A stretch of DNA of 64,000 bases. It comes from Mobula birostris. Taxonomy: Eukaryota. Made by a program: the position numbers and the translations under genes. This document shows, piece by piece, positions 61,501 through 64,000 of the stretch. The notes under the pieces are model-generated. The model worked only from the letters and a program-made list of their open reading frames with translations. It searched no databases and was not told where the DNA came from. The stretch is from NCBI RefSeq assembly GCF_030028105.1, contig NC_092374.1, positions 194,179,345-194,243,344 on the forward strand. The letters are read 5' to 3'. The stretch's first letter is position 1; every line of letters starts with the position of its first letter.

Positions 61501-63159
61501 TATTTAATGACTGGAAGCTAACTTTTGCAAATGATATAAAAGAATTCAACCCCATGTATGCAGGTCACAGGATGCCAGCTACTTCTAAAGAACATTTTTT
61601 TCCAGCCCACTTCCTGCATTGGGGATTGCCCTGGGTGTGGAGGGCTGTATACATGTGTGGGTGTGAGAGGAGTGGCAAACGAGGCTTGTCTTGCTGATGT
61701 TTTGTGGCTTGTTGTGTTCCGTGTTGTTCTGCCCAACATTATGGGCAGGGAATGCGTGGCCCCAGCACGTCCTCGGAAGTGCTGGTTATTAACGCAAACA
61801 ATGATTTGCACTGTATGTTTCGATGTACACGTGACAAATAGATTTGAATCTTGACTCTGGGAGTGTCACACTGAGCTGTGTCTAAGGCACATTCTGGCGA
61901 GGAGCCGGGTGGGTACTCTGGCAAAGTGACACCCCGCTGTCACTGAACTCCCATTCCAATTTTAACATCTTTAACTTTGTCCCTGGACCCTTCTGTGGTC
62001 TCTGCCCTCCTGACCTCCTCTCCATGGGATTCTCAGGACTTTCGCATTGCTGGCCTCTTGGTTTTAATCACTCCTCCACTGGTGTCAGTTCTCTCAGTTT
62101 CCTGGGTGCTCAACACCAGAATTCCCCCAGGATTCCTTTCCACCTCCTTTTCCTAAACATGCTCTTCAAAACTTCCCTCTTTGACTGAGCTTGCCTTTAC
62201 TGGGAGATTCTGTAGGGGTTTAGAGATTTATACAGCACCAAGGCAGGCTTTTCTGCCCATCATCTCCATGCTGACCAAGATGCCTGTTCACCCTCATCCC
62301 ATTTACCTACATTCAGCCCAGACCGCCTCCCCCAGCCTTTCTGATCCATTTATCTGACTTCATGTATTTTAGTGATTGTTATGTTTCTGCCTCTGACACT
62401 CCTTATATCCCACCCCATCATTGTTATTAAAAAAAAAACTCCCCTTAAGTCCCCTTTAAATCTTTCTGCTCTCACTTTAAACCTATACCCTCTAAATTTA
62501 GTCTCTCTGCCCAAGGGAATTGGCTGACTATCTGCCCTATCCGTGCCTCTGGTAATTTTATAAACCTCTGTAAGTCATGCCTCAGCCTCTTTCACTCCAG
62601 GGAAAAGAGTCCCAGCCTATAATTCAAGCCCTCCAGTCTAGTCAGCAACCGTCTGAATCTCTTCTGCACCCTCTCTAGCTTAATCTTTCCTCTCGTGTGA
62701 CGATCAGAACCACACTCAGTTGAGCCGGATCAATGAACTGTAAGATGTAACATGATATCCCAGCTCTTATACTCAATGCGTTGGCCGAGGAAGGCAAGCA
62801 TGTCTACCTGTGTCAAAACTTCCACATTCTGAGTGTGAGCGTTCCGTTGTTAAGGTTATGTTTAAATATAGCTTTTTACCGAGTAAATAGACTGCTGATT
62901 ACATCACCCTTATTTTCCAGTTAAATGCGGCCAGTGGAGACTAGATGCATGATGGAAATTCAGTGTATAAACTCAATCCCATCCTCCTCCAGCAATGCGG
63001 TCTTGAAGCAGGAACCCCCATCCTCTCTTGGCACAGTGATGTCACTTGTTAAGGGCCTTGTGATATTTCGTTGCATTCAAGGTGCTATATCAGTGCTGGA
63101 AATCTGACCATTATCAAGTTTTGCTTCTGCATCTGGGTTATTTGTTTAAGACCGTAAGA

Positions 63160-64000
63160 CATAGTCATAGTCATAGTCATACTTTATTGATCTCAGGGGA
63201 AATTGGTTTTCATTACAGTTACACCATAAATAATAGTAATAGAACCATAAATAGTTAAATAGTAATATGTAAATTATGCCAGTAAATTATGAAATAAGTC
63301 CAGGACCAGCCTATCAGCTCAGGGTGTCTGACCCTCCAAGGGAGGAGTTGTAAAGTTTGATGGCCACAGGCAGGAATGACTTCCTGTGACGCTCTGTGTT
63401 GCATCTCGGTGGAATGAGTCTCTGGCTGAATGTACTCCTGTACCCAACCAGTACATTATGTAGTGGATGGGAGACATTGACCAAGATGGCATGCAACTTA
63501 GACAGCATCCTCTTTTCAGACACCACCATGAGAGAGTCCAGTTCCATCCCTACAGCATCACTGGCCTTACGAATGAGTTTGTTGATTCTGTTGGTGTCTG
63601 CTACCCTCAGCCTGCTGCCCCAGCACACAACAGCAAACATGATAGCACTGGCCACCACAGACTCGTAGAACATCCTCAGCATCGTCCGGCAGATGTTAAA
63701 GGACCTGGTCTCCTCAGGAAATAGAGATGGCTCTGACCCTCCTTGTAGACAGCCTCAGTGTTCTTTGACCAGTCCAGTTTATTGTCAATTCGTATCCCCA
63801 GGTATTTGTAATCCTCCACCATGTCCACACTGACCCCCTGGATGGAAACAGGGGTCACCGGTACCTTAGCTCTCCTCAGGTCTACCACCAGCTCCTTAGT
63901 CTTTTTCACATTAAGCTGCAGATAATTCTACTCACACCATGTGACAAAGTTTCCTACCGTAGACCTGTACTCAGCCCTCAGCATTCAGCCCATCAAGTCT
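63160..64000 (-). mobile_element. Rex1/Babar LINE 3' part with (gactat)n tail, continuing off the right edge
   Basis: ORFs 63676-63909 (KTKELVVDLRR...YKYLGIRIDNKLDWSKN) and 63314-63682; tail catagtcatagtcatag on plus. Confidence 0.85.

Noticed and set aside
1-64000. CRISPR arrays, rRNA, prokaryotic operons
   Set aside because: Eukaryotic intron-containing DNA; no regularly spaced repeat-spacer array or rRNA-like sequence seen.

Overview
Repeat-dominated vertebrate genomic DNA. The repeat families (HE1-like SINEs, shark/ray-type CR1, Penelope-like elements) point to an elasmobranch; this is inference. Two protein-coding genes can be built from splice sites, and they lie tail-to-tail. (1) On +, an NCR3/NKp30-family gene: a non-rearranging VJ-type Ig exon (21314-21643), a TM exon (25555-25668) and a short tail exon (~26.4 kb); its leader exon was not found. 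(2) On -, a complete 7-coding-exon TRAF gene (47624 to 34238, 1542 nt, 513 aa: RING + 5 zinc fingers + coiled coil + MATH). It is TRAF2/3/5-like but not clearly any one of them, and its coiled coil and MATH domain share one 900-bp exon. A CpG-rich, possibly bidirectional promoter lies at ~47.7-48.5 kb. The rest is heavily nested transposons: CR1, Rex1/Babar, an RT-deleted L1, Tc1/mariner elements and MITEs, hAT elements, a solo LTR, SINEs, and Penelope-like repeats whose copies jointly reconstruct a minimal type I hammerhead ribozyme. There are two assembly gaps near 4 kb. No rRNA, true tRNA or CRISPR features were seen.
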